DNA from: an uncultured Gemmatimonadales bacterium
GTDB lineage: Bacteria; Gemmatimonadota; Gemmatimonadetes; Longimicrobiales; RSA9
Direction of reading: 5' to 3'
DNA length: 64,000 bases
Assembly (NCBI GenBank): GCA_963708135.1
Contig: OY970192.1
Location: forward strand, 2,112,001-2,176,000
Shown here: positions 9,755 through 19,740 of the stretch, in pieces
Layout of the letters: each line of letters begins with the position of its first letter
How positions within the stretch are numbered: the stretch's first letter is position 1
The notes under the pieces: model-generated
Database searches by the model: none
Seen by the model: only the letters and a program-made list of their open reading frames with translations
Told to the model about the DNA's origin: nothing
Position numbers and translations under genes: made by a program

Positions 9755-10972
9755 ATGGTTGATGGCGGTCTCGACAATCCGGGCACCCTGCTGTGTGTGG
9801 CCGCGTTCCCTGCCAACACCGGCTTCGCCTGGGACTTCATCGAGGGCCTGTTCGCGGGCCTCGCGGACAGGCTCGCGGAGCGTGGGGTGGCCACCCGGGT
9901 GGCGTACCCCGCGGTCGCCTCTTCGCCGCGCCCGCTGGCGGGGAGCGCGGCCCGGGCCGTCCTGCTGCCCTTGAGGCTTGGCTCTCCCGTGAGCTGGTGG
10001 CGCGTGCTGCGCTTCGTCCGCAGGGAGCGCGTCCGGGTCGCGTATCTCGCGGACCGTCCGGTTGCGCACCCCTTTTACGCCGCACTCCGTCTCGCGGGTG
10101 TCGGATGGATCGTGGTCCACGATCACACCTCGGGCGCCCGGACGCCGCCGGCGGGAATGAAGCGCCTCATGAAGGCAGCCTTCGTGCGGCTCCCGGGGGT
10201 GCTGGCGGATCGGGTGGTGGCGGTGAGCGATTTCGTGGCGACGAGAAAACGCGAGGTGGACCTGGTGCCCGCCGCCCGGGTGCGACGGATCTGGAACTCG
10301 GTCCCGCTGCCCGCCATGGACCCGGCGCTCTCGGCGCGCCGGCGCGAGGCGCTCGGACTGGAGATGGGGCGGCCGGTCGTCGCCTGCGCGTGCCGTGCGG
10401 CGCCGGAAAAGGGGGTCCAGCACCTGCTCCGCGCGTTCGACCGCTTGTGCGCCACCGAGATGGGGGCCACGCTCCGCCCGCAGCTGCTCTACATGGGAGA
10501 TGGGCCTCACCTGCCGGCGCTCCGCGAGCTGAGGGACGCCTTGCCGGCTCGCGATAGCATCACGCTCGCGGGCTACGTGCCGGACGCGGCGGAACTGCTG
10601 GCCGGCTGCACGCTCTGCGTGGTGCCCTCCGTCTGGGAGGAGGCGTTCGGACTGGCCGCGCTGGAGCCGATGGCGCGCGCCGTGCCGGTCGTGGCGAGCC
10701 GCGTCGGCGGGATCCCGGAGGTCCTGCTCGACGGAGAGACGGGGCTGCTCGTGCCCCCGGCGGACGAGCGAGGCCTCGCGACCGCCATGGCGCGGCTGCT
10801 CGCGGATCCGGAGCTGCGCCTCCGACTGGGCGAGGCCGGGCGGCGGCGCGCGGCGGAGCACTTCTCCCGGGAGGCGGCCCTCGACGCGCTCGGCGCGCTC
10901 ATCGAAGCGGCCTTCCCCGCTCCCGATCAGAGAGCATCGGCTCGGAACGGCGCGCTGGCGGTGCGAGGATGA
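9755..10972 (+). CDS. GT4 glycosyltransferase
   Basis: VAVSDFVA, PEKG, PSVWEEAFGLAALEPMA, SRVGGIPEV. Confidence 0.88.
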   Translation: MVDGGLDNPGTLLCVAAFPANTGFAWDFIEGLFAGLADRLAERGVATRVAYPAVASSPRPLAGSAARAVLLPLRLGSPVSWWRVLRFVRRERVRVAYLADRPVAHPFYAALRLAGVGWIVVHDHTSGARTPPAGMKRLMKAAFVRLPGVLADRVVAVSDFVATRKREVDLVPAARVRRIWNSVPLPAMDPALSARRREALGLEMGRPVVACACRAAPEKGVQHLLRAFDRLCATEMGATLRPQLLYMGDGPHLPALRELRDALPARDSITLAGYVPDAAELLAGCTLCVVPSVWEEAFGLAALEPMARAVPVVASRVGGIPEVLLDGETGLLVPPADERGLATAMARLLADPELRLRLGEAGRRRAAEHFSREAALDALGALIEAAFPAPDQRASARNGALAVRG

Positions 10973-11961
10973 GGACCGTGGCAGAGCGCGACGAAACGAA
11001 GAGCGATCCGGCGGCGCCGGTCGGCGGGCCGAAGAAGCTCTTCATCGTTGGCTGCCCGCGGAGCGGCACCACCTGGGTGCAGCTTCTGCTCTCGCAGCTG
11101 CCGACGGTCGCGACGGCGCCGGAGACCCAGATCTTCGCCTATTATCTGACCCATTTCGAGCGCCAATGGCGGCACGAGCTCGCCGGCGCGGACCGAGAGC
11201 AGGGCGCGGCCGGGCTCAGCCGGCTCCTGAGCGAGGAGGAGTTCATCGAGCTCTGCCGCCTGAACGCGAGCTTCGTGCTCGACAGGATCGGCGCGCGCAA
11301 TCCCGGCGCCGCACTCGTCGTCGAGAAGAGTCCCAAGCACGCGCTGCAGGCGGAGCTGATCCGGCGTGTGTTTCCGGACGCGTTGTTCCTCCATGTGATC
11401 CGTGACCCGCGCGACACCGCCGCGTCGCTCCTGGCCGCGGGCCGCAGCTGGGGCCGCGGCTGGGCGCCGCAGAACGCCATCACCGCGGCGCGGTGGTGGG
11501 TAGACCACGTCACGTCGGCACGGCGCCTGGCGGGCTCGACCGACGGATACAGGGAAGTGAAGTACGAGAGCCTGCGCGAGAACGCCGCCTCGGAGCTCCA
11601 GTCGATCCTCGACTGGCTCGGCATCCCGGAGCGGCGTGAGAGCTGCGAGCGCATTGCCGCCGCGTGCGACATCGACCGCCTTCGCGGAGGTGCGGCCGCG
11701 GCGGACCTCCCGATCCCGGGGGAGAAGAACCCGGCCGGATTCTTCCGCAAGGGAAAGCCGGGCGGCTGGCGCGACGATCTGACGGGTCGCGAGGTCCGGC
11801 AGATCGAGCACATCTGCGGCCCGACAATGGAAACGGCGCAGTACGCGCGGACGTCGCGCGCCTGGTCACCCGCCCTCCTCGGCATCCCCCTGCACGATGG
11901 CCTCGGCCGCATCCGCGAGAGCATCGACTGGCAGCTGGCGAGAATCATGGTGCGGTTGTGA
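10969..11961 (+). CDS. PAPS-dependent sulfotransferase (Sulfotransfer_3-like)
   Basis: 5'-PSB loop FIVGCPRSGTTW, EKSP, 3'-PB IRDPRDTAAS, VKYESL, FFRKGKPGGWR. Confidence 0.9.
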   Translation: MRTVAERDETKSDPAAPVGGPKKLFIVGCPRSGTTWVQLLLSQLPTVATAPETQIFAYYLTHFERQWRHELAGADREQGAAGLSRLLSEEEFIELCRLNASFVLDRIGARNPGAALVVEKSPKHALQAELIRRVFPDALFLHVIRDPRDTAASLLAAGRSWGRGWAPQNAITAARWWVDHVTSARRLAGSTDGYREVKYESLRENAASELQSILDWLGIPERRESCERIAAACDIDRLRGGAAAADLPIPGEKNPAGFFRKGKPGGWRDDLTGREVRQIEHICGPTMETAQYARTSRAWSPALLGIPLHDGLGRIRESIDWQLARIMVRL

Positions 11962-13259
11962 GCGGAACGCGGGCAGGGGGGGCCCCAGCCGTCTCCGACG
12001 GCACCCGGAGCGGCGAGAACGGGCCGGGCGGACCGCACCGGCCGCGGCTGCTGTTCCTCTGTCAGACGCTGCCGTTCCCGCCGGACGGCGGGGTTCACCT
12101 GCGGTCCTACAACGTCCTGCGCCTGCTCGCGGCTCACTTCGAGGTCACGGGGCTGTTCTTCTACCGCAGGGCGACGCGTCCCACTCCAGCCGCCGTGCGC
12201 GCCGGACTGGCCGGTCTGGGCAGGCTCGGGCGCGTCGAGGCCTTCCCCATCCCGCAGGAGCACAGCCGGGCTCGGCTCCTCTGGGACCATTTCCGCAGCG
12301 TCATCACGCGACGGGCGTACGTCCACTACGCCTATGAAGCGAGGGGCTTCCGCCGCGGGCTCCGGCAGGTGCTCGAGAGGCAGACGTTCGATCTCGTCCA
12401 CATGGACAGCCTGGATCTCGCGGGCTACCTGCCGATGCTCCGCGGGCTGCCCGTCGTGTGCACGCACCACAACGTCGAATCCGATCTGCTGCGCCGCCGA
12501 GCCGCGGCCGAGTCCTCCCGGCTGCGCGGGCGTTACCTCCGACTCCAGGCGTCCCTGCTCGAGCGCTACGAGCGACTGTGGTGCCCGAAAGTGGCCCTCA
12601 ACGTGGCGGTCTCCGAGGCCGATCGCCGCGTGCTGGAGTCCCGCGCGCCCGGCGCCCGCTTCCTCGTGGTGCCGAACGGCGTGGACACCTCGGTCTTCCA
12701 GCCCGGTGAGGAGAATGGACGGGCCGCCGTGTTCGTGGGCGGCCACGGCTGGTTCCCCAACCGGGACGCAATGGAGTACTTCCGCGACGCCGTCCTGCCG
12801 CTCATCCGTGCCGAGCGCCCCGACTTCTCCCTCACCTGGGTGGGGCGCCTGCCGGAATCGGAACGCGCGCGCTTCGCGGCGGCGGGGGTCGAGCCGACCG
12901 GCTACGTCGAGGATATCCGGCCCTACGTCACCGGGGCACGCTGTTTCGTCGTCCCGATCCGGGCGGGGGGAGGCACGCGCCTCAAGATCCTGGACGCGTG
13001 GGCAATGGGGAAGGCGGTGGTGAGCACGACGATCGGCTGCGAGGGCCTCGACGCGCGGGACGGCGAGAACATCCTCATCCGCGACACGCCGGAGCAATTC
13101 GCCGCGGCGGTGCTGGCAGTGCTGGGTGACGAGACGCTGCGCCGCCGCCTGGGCTGCGCCGCCCGCGCGACGGCGGAGCGCAGCTACGACTGGCGGCGGA
13201 TCGGAGAGCCCATGACCCGCGAGTACCTGGAGCTGGCGGCGCGCGGGAGGAACGCATGA
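11958..13259 (+). CDS. GT4 glycosyltransferase (exosortase-system type)
   Basis: LLFL..LPFPPDGG, HHNVES, VPNGVD, PIRAGGGTRLKILDAWAMG. GTG 11958 overlaps the upstream stop. Confidence 0.88.
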   Translation: MSGTRAGGAPAVSDGTRSGENGPGGPHRPRLLFLCQTLPFPPDGGVHLRSYNVLRLLAAHFEVTGLFFYRRATRPTPAAVRAGLAGLGRLGRVEAFPIPQEHSRARLLWDHFRSVITRRAYVHYAYEARGFRRGLRQVLERQTFDLVHMDSLDLAGYLPMLRGLPVVCTHHNVESDLLRRRAAAESSRLRGRYLRLQASLLERYERLWCPKVALNVAVSEADRRVLESRAPGARFLVVPNGVDTSVFQPGEENGRAAVFVGGHGWFPNRDAMEYFRDAVLPLIRAERPDFSLTWVGRLPESERARFAAAGVEPTGYVEDIRPYVTGARCFVVPIRAGGGTRLKILDAWAMGKAVVSTTIGCEGLDARDGENILIRDTPEQFAAAVLAVLGDETLRRRLGCAARATAERSYDWRRIGEPMTREYLELAARGRNA

Positions 13260-14653
13260 GCCTCTCACTCGCCGCGGCCCGGCGGGCGCTTCGCCGGGCA
13301 TCGCGGGGTTCCGGCCTCGGCTCCGACCCGCTGTTCCGCCTCGAGTTCGGCGCGCTGTGGGCGTGGATGCGCCGGCAGCCGCTCTCGTTCTGGCTGGTCT
13401 CGCTCTACCTGTTCCTGGAGTACGTGCGCCCCCAGCAGATCTACGCTCCAATCTCCGGATGGCCGATCCCCTTCTGGACCATCATTCTCTGCGGGGTCGT
13501 CTTCATCCTCGAGGGGGCGAAGCTCCGTGCCTGGCACCTGGGCGACACGCTCATGGCCGCGGCGACGCTCGTCGTCCTCCTCTCGACCGTGACAGCCTAC
13601 GATCCGTCGGCGGCGACGGAGCAGTACAACGTCTTCTTCGGCTGGCTCATCGTCTACTTCCTCATCACGAGCATCGTCAGCACGCGGCACCGCGTCTATG
13701 TGTTTCTGCTGCTCTACCTTCTGTACTGCACGAAGATGACGCAGCACGGCGTGCGCAGCTGGGCCGCATCGGGTTTCGGCTTCATCCGGATCGGCGTCGG
13801 CTGCGCACCGGGGTGGTTCCAGAATTCGGGAGAATGCGGCGCGCAGATGGCCATGCTGTTCCCGGTGTCACTCTTCCTCTTCCTCACCCTCTGGACCTTC
13901 TGGCCGAAGTGGAAGCGGTGGGCGTACGCGGTCCTGCTGCCACTCGGGTCGCTGCTCACCATCCTCGGCTCCTCGTCCCGTGGGGCCCTGATGGGTCTCG
14001 CAGCCACGGCGCTCTGGTTCGTGGCCAAGAGCCGCAAGCGCCTGAAGGTGCTCGTCCCCGTGGTGGCCGTGGCAGCGCTCGCGTGGCTCGTTCTGCCGCA
14101 GGGATTCAAGACCCGGTTCCAGACCATCGGCCAGGATCCGAGCTCCCTCGACCGTCTCGCCTACTGGCGCGGCGGCCTCAAGATCATGAACGCCTTTCCC
14201 GTTACGGGCGTGGGATACCAGAACTGGCTCCCGTACTACCGGCGGTTCTATGACGCCGCCGGCCAGGTCCCGCACAACATCTTCATCGAGGCGGGGGCCC
14301 AGACCGGATACCTGGGCCTGCTCGTCTTCGTTGCGTGTATCCTGGGTACCTTCGTGATCAACGCCTCGACGCGCCGGCTCGCGGTGGAGATCCCCGATGC
14401 GGCCTCCTGGTACCGGAACATGGCGCACGGGTTCGACGCGGCGCTTGTCGGCTACCTCGTCGCCGGGTCGTTCGTCACGATCCTCTACTACCCGTTCTTC
14501 TGGATCAACCTGGCGATGGTGGTGTCGCTGAACGTGGCGGCGCTGGACGACGCGCGCAGGGCGTCACGCGCCGGGCGCACGGCGGCCCTCCAGCGTCACC
14601 CGCCGCGCGTCGTGGCACCCGACCTCCTGCTCTCGCCCATGGAGCCTACGTGA
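13256..14653 (+). CDS. O-antigen ligase/Wzy polymerase-like membrane protein
   Basis: Many TM segments; SSRGALMGL, RLAYW, GVG, VPHNIFIE (Wzy_C-type motifs). Confidence 0.85.
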   Translation: MSLSLAAARRALRRASRGSGLGSDPLFRLEFGALWAWMRRQPLSFWLVSLYLFLEYVRPQQIYAPISGWPIPFWTIILCGVVFILEGAKLRAWHLGDTLMAAATLVVLLSTVTAYDPSAATEQYNVFFGWLIVYFLITSIVSTRHRVYVFLLLYLLYCTKMTQHGVRSWAASGFGFIRIGVGCAPGWFQNSGECGAQMAMLFPVSLFLFLTLWTFWPKWKRWAYAVLLPLGSLLTILGSSSRGALMGLAATALWFVAKSRKRLKVLVPVVAVAALAWLVLPQGFKTRFQTIGQDPSSLDRLAYWRGGLKIMNAFPVTGVGYQNWLPYYRRFYDAAGQVPHNIFIEAGAQTGYLGLLVFVACILGTFVINASTRRLAVEIPDAASWYRNMAHGFDAALVGYLVAGSFVTILYYPFFWINLAMVVSLNVAALDDARRASRAGRTAALQRHPPRVVAPDLLLSPMEPT

Positions 14654-15873
14654 GCCGGGGCTCCGGCCGCGGCGTATCCGCCCGGAGCCCGGAGCCGCGA
14701 CGCGTCCTGCATCTGATCGACACGGGCGGACCCGGCGGCGCCGAGACGATCTTCCTGGAGCTGCTCCGGCGCCTCGACCCGAGCCGGTGGGCCTCTGTGG
14801 GTGCCGTGCCCTACCGGGACTGGCTGGCGGGAGCAATGGAGGAACACGGGCTCGAGCCCGTCGTGCTGCCCAGCCGCGGCTCCTTCGACTTCCGCTACCT
14901 GGCTGCAATCGTGCGCCTCGTGCGCAAGTGCCGTGCGGATCTCATCCAGACGCACCTGCTGGGTTCGGCCGTCTACGGCACCCTTGCGGGCAGACTGACG
15001 GGGGTCCCCGTCGTCTGCACGTTCCACGGCCCCGCGGACATCGGAGCGGCCGAACGCTTCGGCAGACCGAAGCTCCGGATCGTGTCCCGCTGGGCGGCCC
15101 GAACCGTCTTCGTGTCCGATTCGCTGCGCGCGCACTTCGAGGGTCTGGCGCCGTTCCGCGAGGGCAGCGCCGCGGTGGTGCCCAACGGGATCGACGTGGA
15201 GAGCTTCGCCGCGCCGCGAGACGGTGCATTTCGCGCCGAGCTGGGCATCGCTCCGGACGCGGTTCTCATCGGCGCGCTCGGCAACATCCGGCCGTCGAAG
15301 GCCTATCCCGTTCTGCTGCGCGCGGCCGCTGCGCTCCGCGCCCGGTCGAGCGAGCTCCGGTTCGTCATCGTCGGGGAGACGCGGGGTGGCCCGTTCGATG
15401 AGCTGCTCCGCCTCAGGGCGGAGCTCGGGCTCGCGGAGGTGGTGACCTTCGCGGGGTTCCGCGAGGATGTGCCGCGCGTGCTCGCGAGCCTCGATCTCTT
15501 CGTCGTCAGCTCGAGCCACGAGGGCTTCTCCCTCTCGACCGTACAGGCGCTCGCGGCACGGCTTCCGGTCGTGGCCACACGGTGCGGCGGCCCGGAGGAG
15601 ATCCTGGAGCACGGGGTGACGGGAATCCTGGTGGAACGGGACGACCCGGAGGCGCTGGCGGCCGGCATCGAGCGCGTCGCCCTCGATCGGGCGGGCGCAG
15701 CGCACCTCGCCGAGGCCGGGCTGGCAATGGTCCGGCGGCGCTTCAGCGCGGCGGCCATGATCGGGAGGTACGAGGCCATCTACGAGGCGTGTCTGGACGG
15801 GACCCGGCATCCCGTCTCCCCCCGCGCCGCGACGGCACTCGCCTCGGGCTCCGGCACAGCGCGCCAGGGATGA
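14650..15873 (+). CDS. GT4 glycosyltransferase
   Basis: VLHLIDTGGPGGAE, VPNGID, SSSHEGFSLSTVQALAA, TRCGGPEEI. Confidence 0.88.
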   Translation: MSRGSGRGVSARSPEPRRVLHLIDTGGPGGAETIFLELLRRLDPSRWASVGAVPYRDWLAGAMEEHGLEPVVLPSRGSFDFRYLAAIVRLVRKCRADLIQTHLLGSAVYGTLAGRLTGVPVVCTFHGPADIGAAERFGRPKLRIVSRWAARTVFVSDSLRAHFEGLAPFREGSAAVVPNGIDVESFAAPRDGAFRAELGIAPDAVLIGALGNIRPSKAYPVLLRAAAALRARSSELRFVIVGETRGGPFDELLRLRAELGLAEVVTFAGFREDVPRVLASLDLFVVSSSHEGFSLSTVQALAARLPVVATRCGGPEEILEHGVTGILVERDDPEALAAGIERVALDRAGAAHLAEAGLAMVRRRFSAAAMIGRYEAIYEACLDGTRHPVSPRAATALASGSGTARQG

Positions 15874-17081
15874 CCCGCTTTACGCAGGCGGAGACGCAGG
15901 CGCGGGCCGCCACCGTTCTCGTCACCGACGGGGAGCAGCGTTCCGCGCTGGCCGTGGTCCGCTCCCTCGGGCACGCGGGCCACCGCGTCCACGTCTGCTC
16001 CGCGCGCCGCCGCTGCCTCGCCGGAGCCTCCCGGTTCGCGCGCAGCCAGGCGGGCGTGCCGGACCCGCTGCGTGAGCCGGCAGCCTTCGCCGAAGCGGTG
16101 GAGCGGCTCGCCGGAGCTTGCGGGGCCGAGGTCGTCCTCCCGGTCTCCGAGCCCGCGCTCCTCGCCCTGCTCCCCGTCCGCGACCGCCTCGTTGCCAGGA
16201 TTCCCTTCGTCAATGCCATCTCTTTCCTGCGCGTGTGTGACAAGGCGACGGTTCTCGAGGAGGCGCAGCGGATCGGCGTCCGGGTTCCCCGGCAGACGGT
16301 GCTCACCGCGCCCGCCGCCCTTCCGATCCGGGATCTCGATCTCGGCTTTCCACTGGTCGTGAAGCCCTCCCGCTCGGTAGTGGACGCGGGAGGGGCCCGG
16401 GCCAAGGCCGGCGTCGGCTACGCCGCCGGCCCGGAGTCGCTTCACCGGATCCTCGCGGAGCTCGCGGCCGGGGCGTACCCGGTCCTCCTCCAGGAGCGGA
16501 TCGTCGGGCCCGGGATCGGCGTGTTCGTGCTGATCTGGGAGGGCGAGGTGGTGGCGAGCTTCTTCCACCGGCGGATCCGCGAGAAGCCGCCCTCCGGGGG
16601 CGTCAGCGTGTGCGCCGAGAGCGTGGCGCCCGATCCGGCGCTCCTCGAGCGCTCCGTCGCCCTGCTTCGCCGCTTCGACTGGAAGGGTGTGGCAATGGTC
16701 GAGTTCAAGCTCGATGCGGCCACCGGCGAGCCGGTCCTCATGGAGGTGAACGGCCGGTTCTGGGGATCGCTGCAGCTCGCCGTCAACGCCGGCGTCGACT
16801 TCCCTGCCCTGCTCGTCGCGCTGGCGCTCGGCGCGCGGCCGCCGGCGCCGGCCGGCTACCGGGTCGGCCGCCGGCTGCGGTGGGAATGGGGCGAAGTGGA
16901 CCACCTGCTCGCCCGGCTGCGCCGCTCGGGCAGGACGCTCGCGTTGCCGCCCGGCTCGCCCGGCCGCGTTCGCGCAACGCTCGACTTCCTGAGCGCTCCA
17001 CTGCGTGCGAGAGGAGAGGTGTTCCGCCTCTCGGACCCGCTGCCGGCCGCGCGCGAGAGCATCGATTGGTTCCACGGGTGA
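15870..17081 (+). CDS. ATP-grasp ligase (EPS-associated)
   Basis: VLVTDGEQRSALAVVRSLG, FPLVVKP, LLQERIVG, MVEFK, LMEVNGRFWGSLQLA. Confidence 0.85.
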   Translation: MTRFTQAETQARAATVLVTDGEQRSALAVVRSLGHAGHRVHVCSARRRCLAGASRFARSQAGVPDPLREPAAFAEAVERLAGACGAEVVLPVSEPALLALLPVRDRLVARIPFVNAISFLRVCDKATVLEEAQRIGVRVPRQTVLTAPAALPIRDLDLGFPLVVKPSRSVVDAGGARAKAGVGYAAGPESLHRILAELAAGAYPVLLQERIVGPGIGVFVLIWEGEVVASFFHRRIREKPPSGGVSVCAESVAPDPALLERSVALLRRFDWKGVAMVEFKLDAATGEPVLMEVNGRFWGSLQLAVNAGVDFPALLVALALGARPPAPAGYRVGRRLRWEWGEVDHLLARLRRSGRTLALPPGSPGRVRATLDFLSAPLRARGEVFRLSDPLPAARESIDWFHG

Positions 17082-17150
17082 GGCGCCGCGGTCGCCACGG
17101 GCGCGAGCCGCCCGTTGCGGGCCGATTGACGGGGGCGTCGGCCCCGCTCT

Positions 17151-18077
17151 TTAGCCCGGCGCCGCCACCGCCCGCTCGGCGGCCGAGCCCAGCAGCGGAT
17201 AGCCGAAGTGCGTGAGCATCGGCCGTGCCTCGACCGTAACCCGCGCGCGCTCTTCCTCGCTCAGCCGGGCAATACTGCCAGCGTTCATGTTCCGGATCGG
17301 CTCGATCCTCTCGTGCACGCTCCACGAGCCGCGCAGATCGATGCTGCCGCTCCCCCACGCCTCGAGGCCAAGGAAACCGAGGATCCGAGCCAGCTCGTCC
17401 CCGGGCGATTCCGCCAGATCCTCGTAGCGCACCCACAGCACCTTCTTCAACCGAGCGGCATCCTCCACCAGCACCTCGTTCGAACGGTTCCACTGCCTGG
17501 CACACAGCTCGATCGGCCACCCCTCCTTCAGGTGGAACGGCTCCGCCTTCCGCCGGATTCCCTCCGCCACCGCGTAGCCGTTGCGCACGATCGCAATGAA
17601 ATGGGCGTTCTCGAAGTGCCGCTCGAGCCAGAGCGTACGCGCCGCATTCGGCGGCGACTTCTCCAGGAACACCGGCCGCTTCCGGTCCAACCGCATCAGC
17701 CACTCCCGCTTCAGCCGGGCGGGATCCGGCCCGCCGTCGTCGGGGCCGAGCCGGAAAAGGTCCTCCCGGAGCACCCACATTCTCGGCAGCCCCAGCTCGT
17801 AGTCGCAGACCAGCTGATCCGTCAGGAACTGACCTTCGTCGGGCAGGGGCGCGATCGCCGGATGTGCCCCGAGCAGCGACATCAGCAGCTCCGTACCCGA
17901 GTTGTAGCAGCCGACCACGAAGACCCACTTCTCCGGCACGACCATCGGCGTGAGGCTGATCCGGAGCTCACGGTGCAGCCGGCCCAGGCACTCCCGTCCG
18001 ATCTCTCTCCAGCGCGTGCCACCAGAGAGGCGGAGTTCGCGGTCCTTCCGCTGCCGGCCGCCGGCTCTTGCTTCCAT
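17151..18077 (-). CDS. Sulfotransferase
   Basis: FVVGCYNSGTELL, LEKSPPN, IVRNGYAVAEG, VRYEDL. Start approximate (ATG 18077). Confidence 0.82.
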   Translation of the reverse strand: MEARAGGRQRKDRELRLSGGTRWREIGRECLGRLHRELRISLTPMVVPEKWVFVVGCYNSGTELLMSLLGAHPAIAPLPDEGQFLTDQLVCDYELGLPRMWVLREDLFRLGPDDGGPDPARLKREWLMRLDRKRPVFLEKSPPNAARTLWLERHFENAHFIAIVRNGYAVAEGIRRKAEPFHLKEGWPIELCARQWNRSNEVLVEDAARLKKVLWVRYEDLAESPGDELARILGFLGLEAWGSGSIDLRGSWSVHERIEPIRNMNAGSIARLSEEERARVTVEARPMLTHFGYPLLGSAAERAVAAPG

Positions 18078-18144
18078 TTCGCAGGTCCCCCGTCTGCTGG
18101 CTCTCGCCCGGTATCCCGAGCGGGCGGTTTCGCCCGGCAACACG

Positions 18145-18162
18145 TGTTGCGTGCGCGCAACG
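18145..18162. promoter_or_regulatory. Palindromic activator site, copy 3
   Basis: TGTTGC-GTGCGC-GCAACG, preceded by an extra GCAACA half-site at 18137-18142. Confidence 0.7.
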
Positions 18163-18213
18163 GCGCGCGCCGCGCACCTGCGCGGGAGAATGCCCGGAGC
18201 GAGGCGCTCGCTG

Positions 18214-18229
18214 CGGCAAGATCCATGCG
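18214..18229 (+). promoter_or_regulatory. sigma54 -24/-12 promoter
   Basis: CGGCAAGATCCATGCG; its 14-nt core GGCAAGATCCATGC is identical to the element at 9671-9684. Confidence 0.7.
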
Positions 18230-18337
18230 CTGAGGCGGCCGCGCCCCCGGCGCTCGGCCGTGCGGGTCTATCCGGAAAGCGACGGGAACCGAGGGGACGA
18301 ACGTGGCGGAACCAGCGTGTCGTGGGGGCGGGGCCGG

Positions 18338-19740
18338 ATGAGCACGCGGTCCACCCAACTGAAGGAGCTCGCGGGTAGCTCCACTCTGCTGGTGCACGGC
18401 TACGCCGGCATGATGTCGGCGCGCGCCGCCTGGGGCGCCGTTCGAGGGCGTCCGCTCGAGGCGACGCACCACCTGCTCCGGGCCCTGCGCGCGGTGGGCA
18501 GCGAGGGTTTCGGCCGCTGGCGCCACGAGCGTCTACGGCGGCTGGTGGCGGGCTTCTGCGCCGAGGCGGATGGTCGGCTCGCGCCGGTGGCCGGGAACCG
18601 GCTCCTTTCGGCGTTTCAGCAGGGCGATCGTGCGCGCGCGATCCGGGCTCGGTTCACGCGGCTCTCGCTCGACCATCGTGTCCGGCTGCGGTTCCCGCGC
18701 GAACCGGAGGACCCCGAGCGGCAGGGAGACCTGATCGTGCTCAAGCCGTTCGATCGAGACACCGGAGAGCGGGGCGTGCTCCTGGTGAACTACACGGAGG
18801 GGATCGACCGCTTCGCGGCCGTCTTCGACGTGTCGGCGCTGGCCGGGCGCTACCAGATCGTGCTGGAGCCCAGCTCGTGGGGTTATGAGGACCTCACGTT
18901 CCTGCGCTACCTCGGACGCGATCTGGACGTGATCGTGCAGGCACCGTGGCGGCGCGACTTCGAGTTCATCCGGGACCTGCGCTCGAATCTGCGGCCGACG
19001 CGGATCGGGGCCGGGGACTGGACGGATCCGGGTGTATTCAGGCCGAAGCAGGGGGGGAGCGACGCTTCGACCTCGCCATGGTATCGAGCTGGAATCCGCT
19101 CAAGCGGCACGCGGAGCTGTTCCGGACGCTGGCGGAGATCAAGCGGCGCCACGGGCGTACCCTGAGCGCCGTGCTCATCGGCTATCCCTCCGGCTGGACG
19201 CGGGACCGGATCGAGCGGCTCGCCCGTGAGCACGGCGTGGCGGAATCCTGCGCGATCTACGAGAGCATCCCACAGAGCCAGGTGGCGGAGCTGGTGGCCG
19301 ACTCACGGGCCTACATCCTGCTCTCGCGGCGCGAGGGCGCCAATCGGGCGCTCTACGAGGCGCTCTTCTGCGACACGCCGGTGATCGTCCCGCGCGATCA
19401 CAGGGGCGTGAACACCGATCAGGTCGTGCCCGAGGTGGGCGTGCTGTTCCGGGACGGCGAGCTTCCCGAAGCCATTCTTTCCGTGGTCGATGGGCCGCGC
19501 GCGTTCCAGCCCAGGCATTGGGCACTACGCAACACCGGGTTCGAGAACGCGGCGCGCGCGCTCAACACCGTGCTCCGGGAGGGCGCCCTCCAGCGCGGAT
19601 GGCCATGGACGAAGGACATCGTGCCGAAGAAGAACGTGCCCAACCTGCGCTACGCCCACCCGGGCAGGTACGCGGCGTTCGAGCCGGAGTACCGGTCTCT
19701 GGGCGGCTTTCTGCTTCCGCCGGAGCCGGCCGAGGCATGA
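18338..19740 (+). pseudogene. GT4-like glycosyltransferase, frameshifted at a G7 run (19051-19057)
   Basis: The frame from ATG 18338 reads ...FRPKQGG, and the GT C-terminal half (ERRFDLAMVSSW..KRH..LSRREGANRALYEALFCD) is in another frame. One extra G would join them into a 467-aa protein. Confidence 0.75.
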
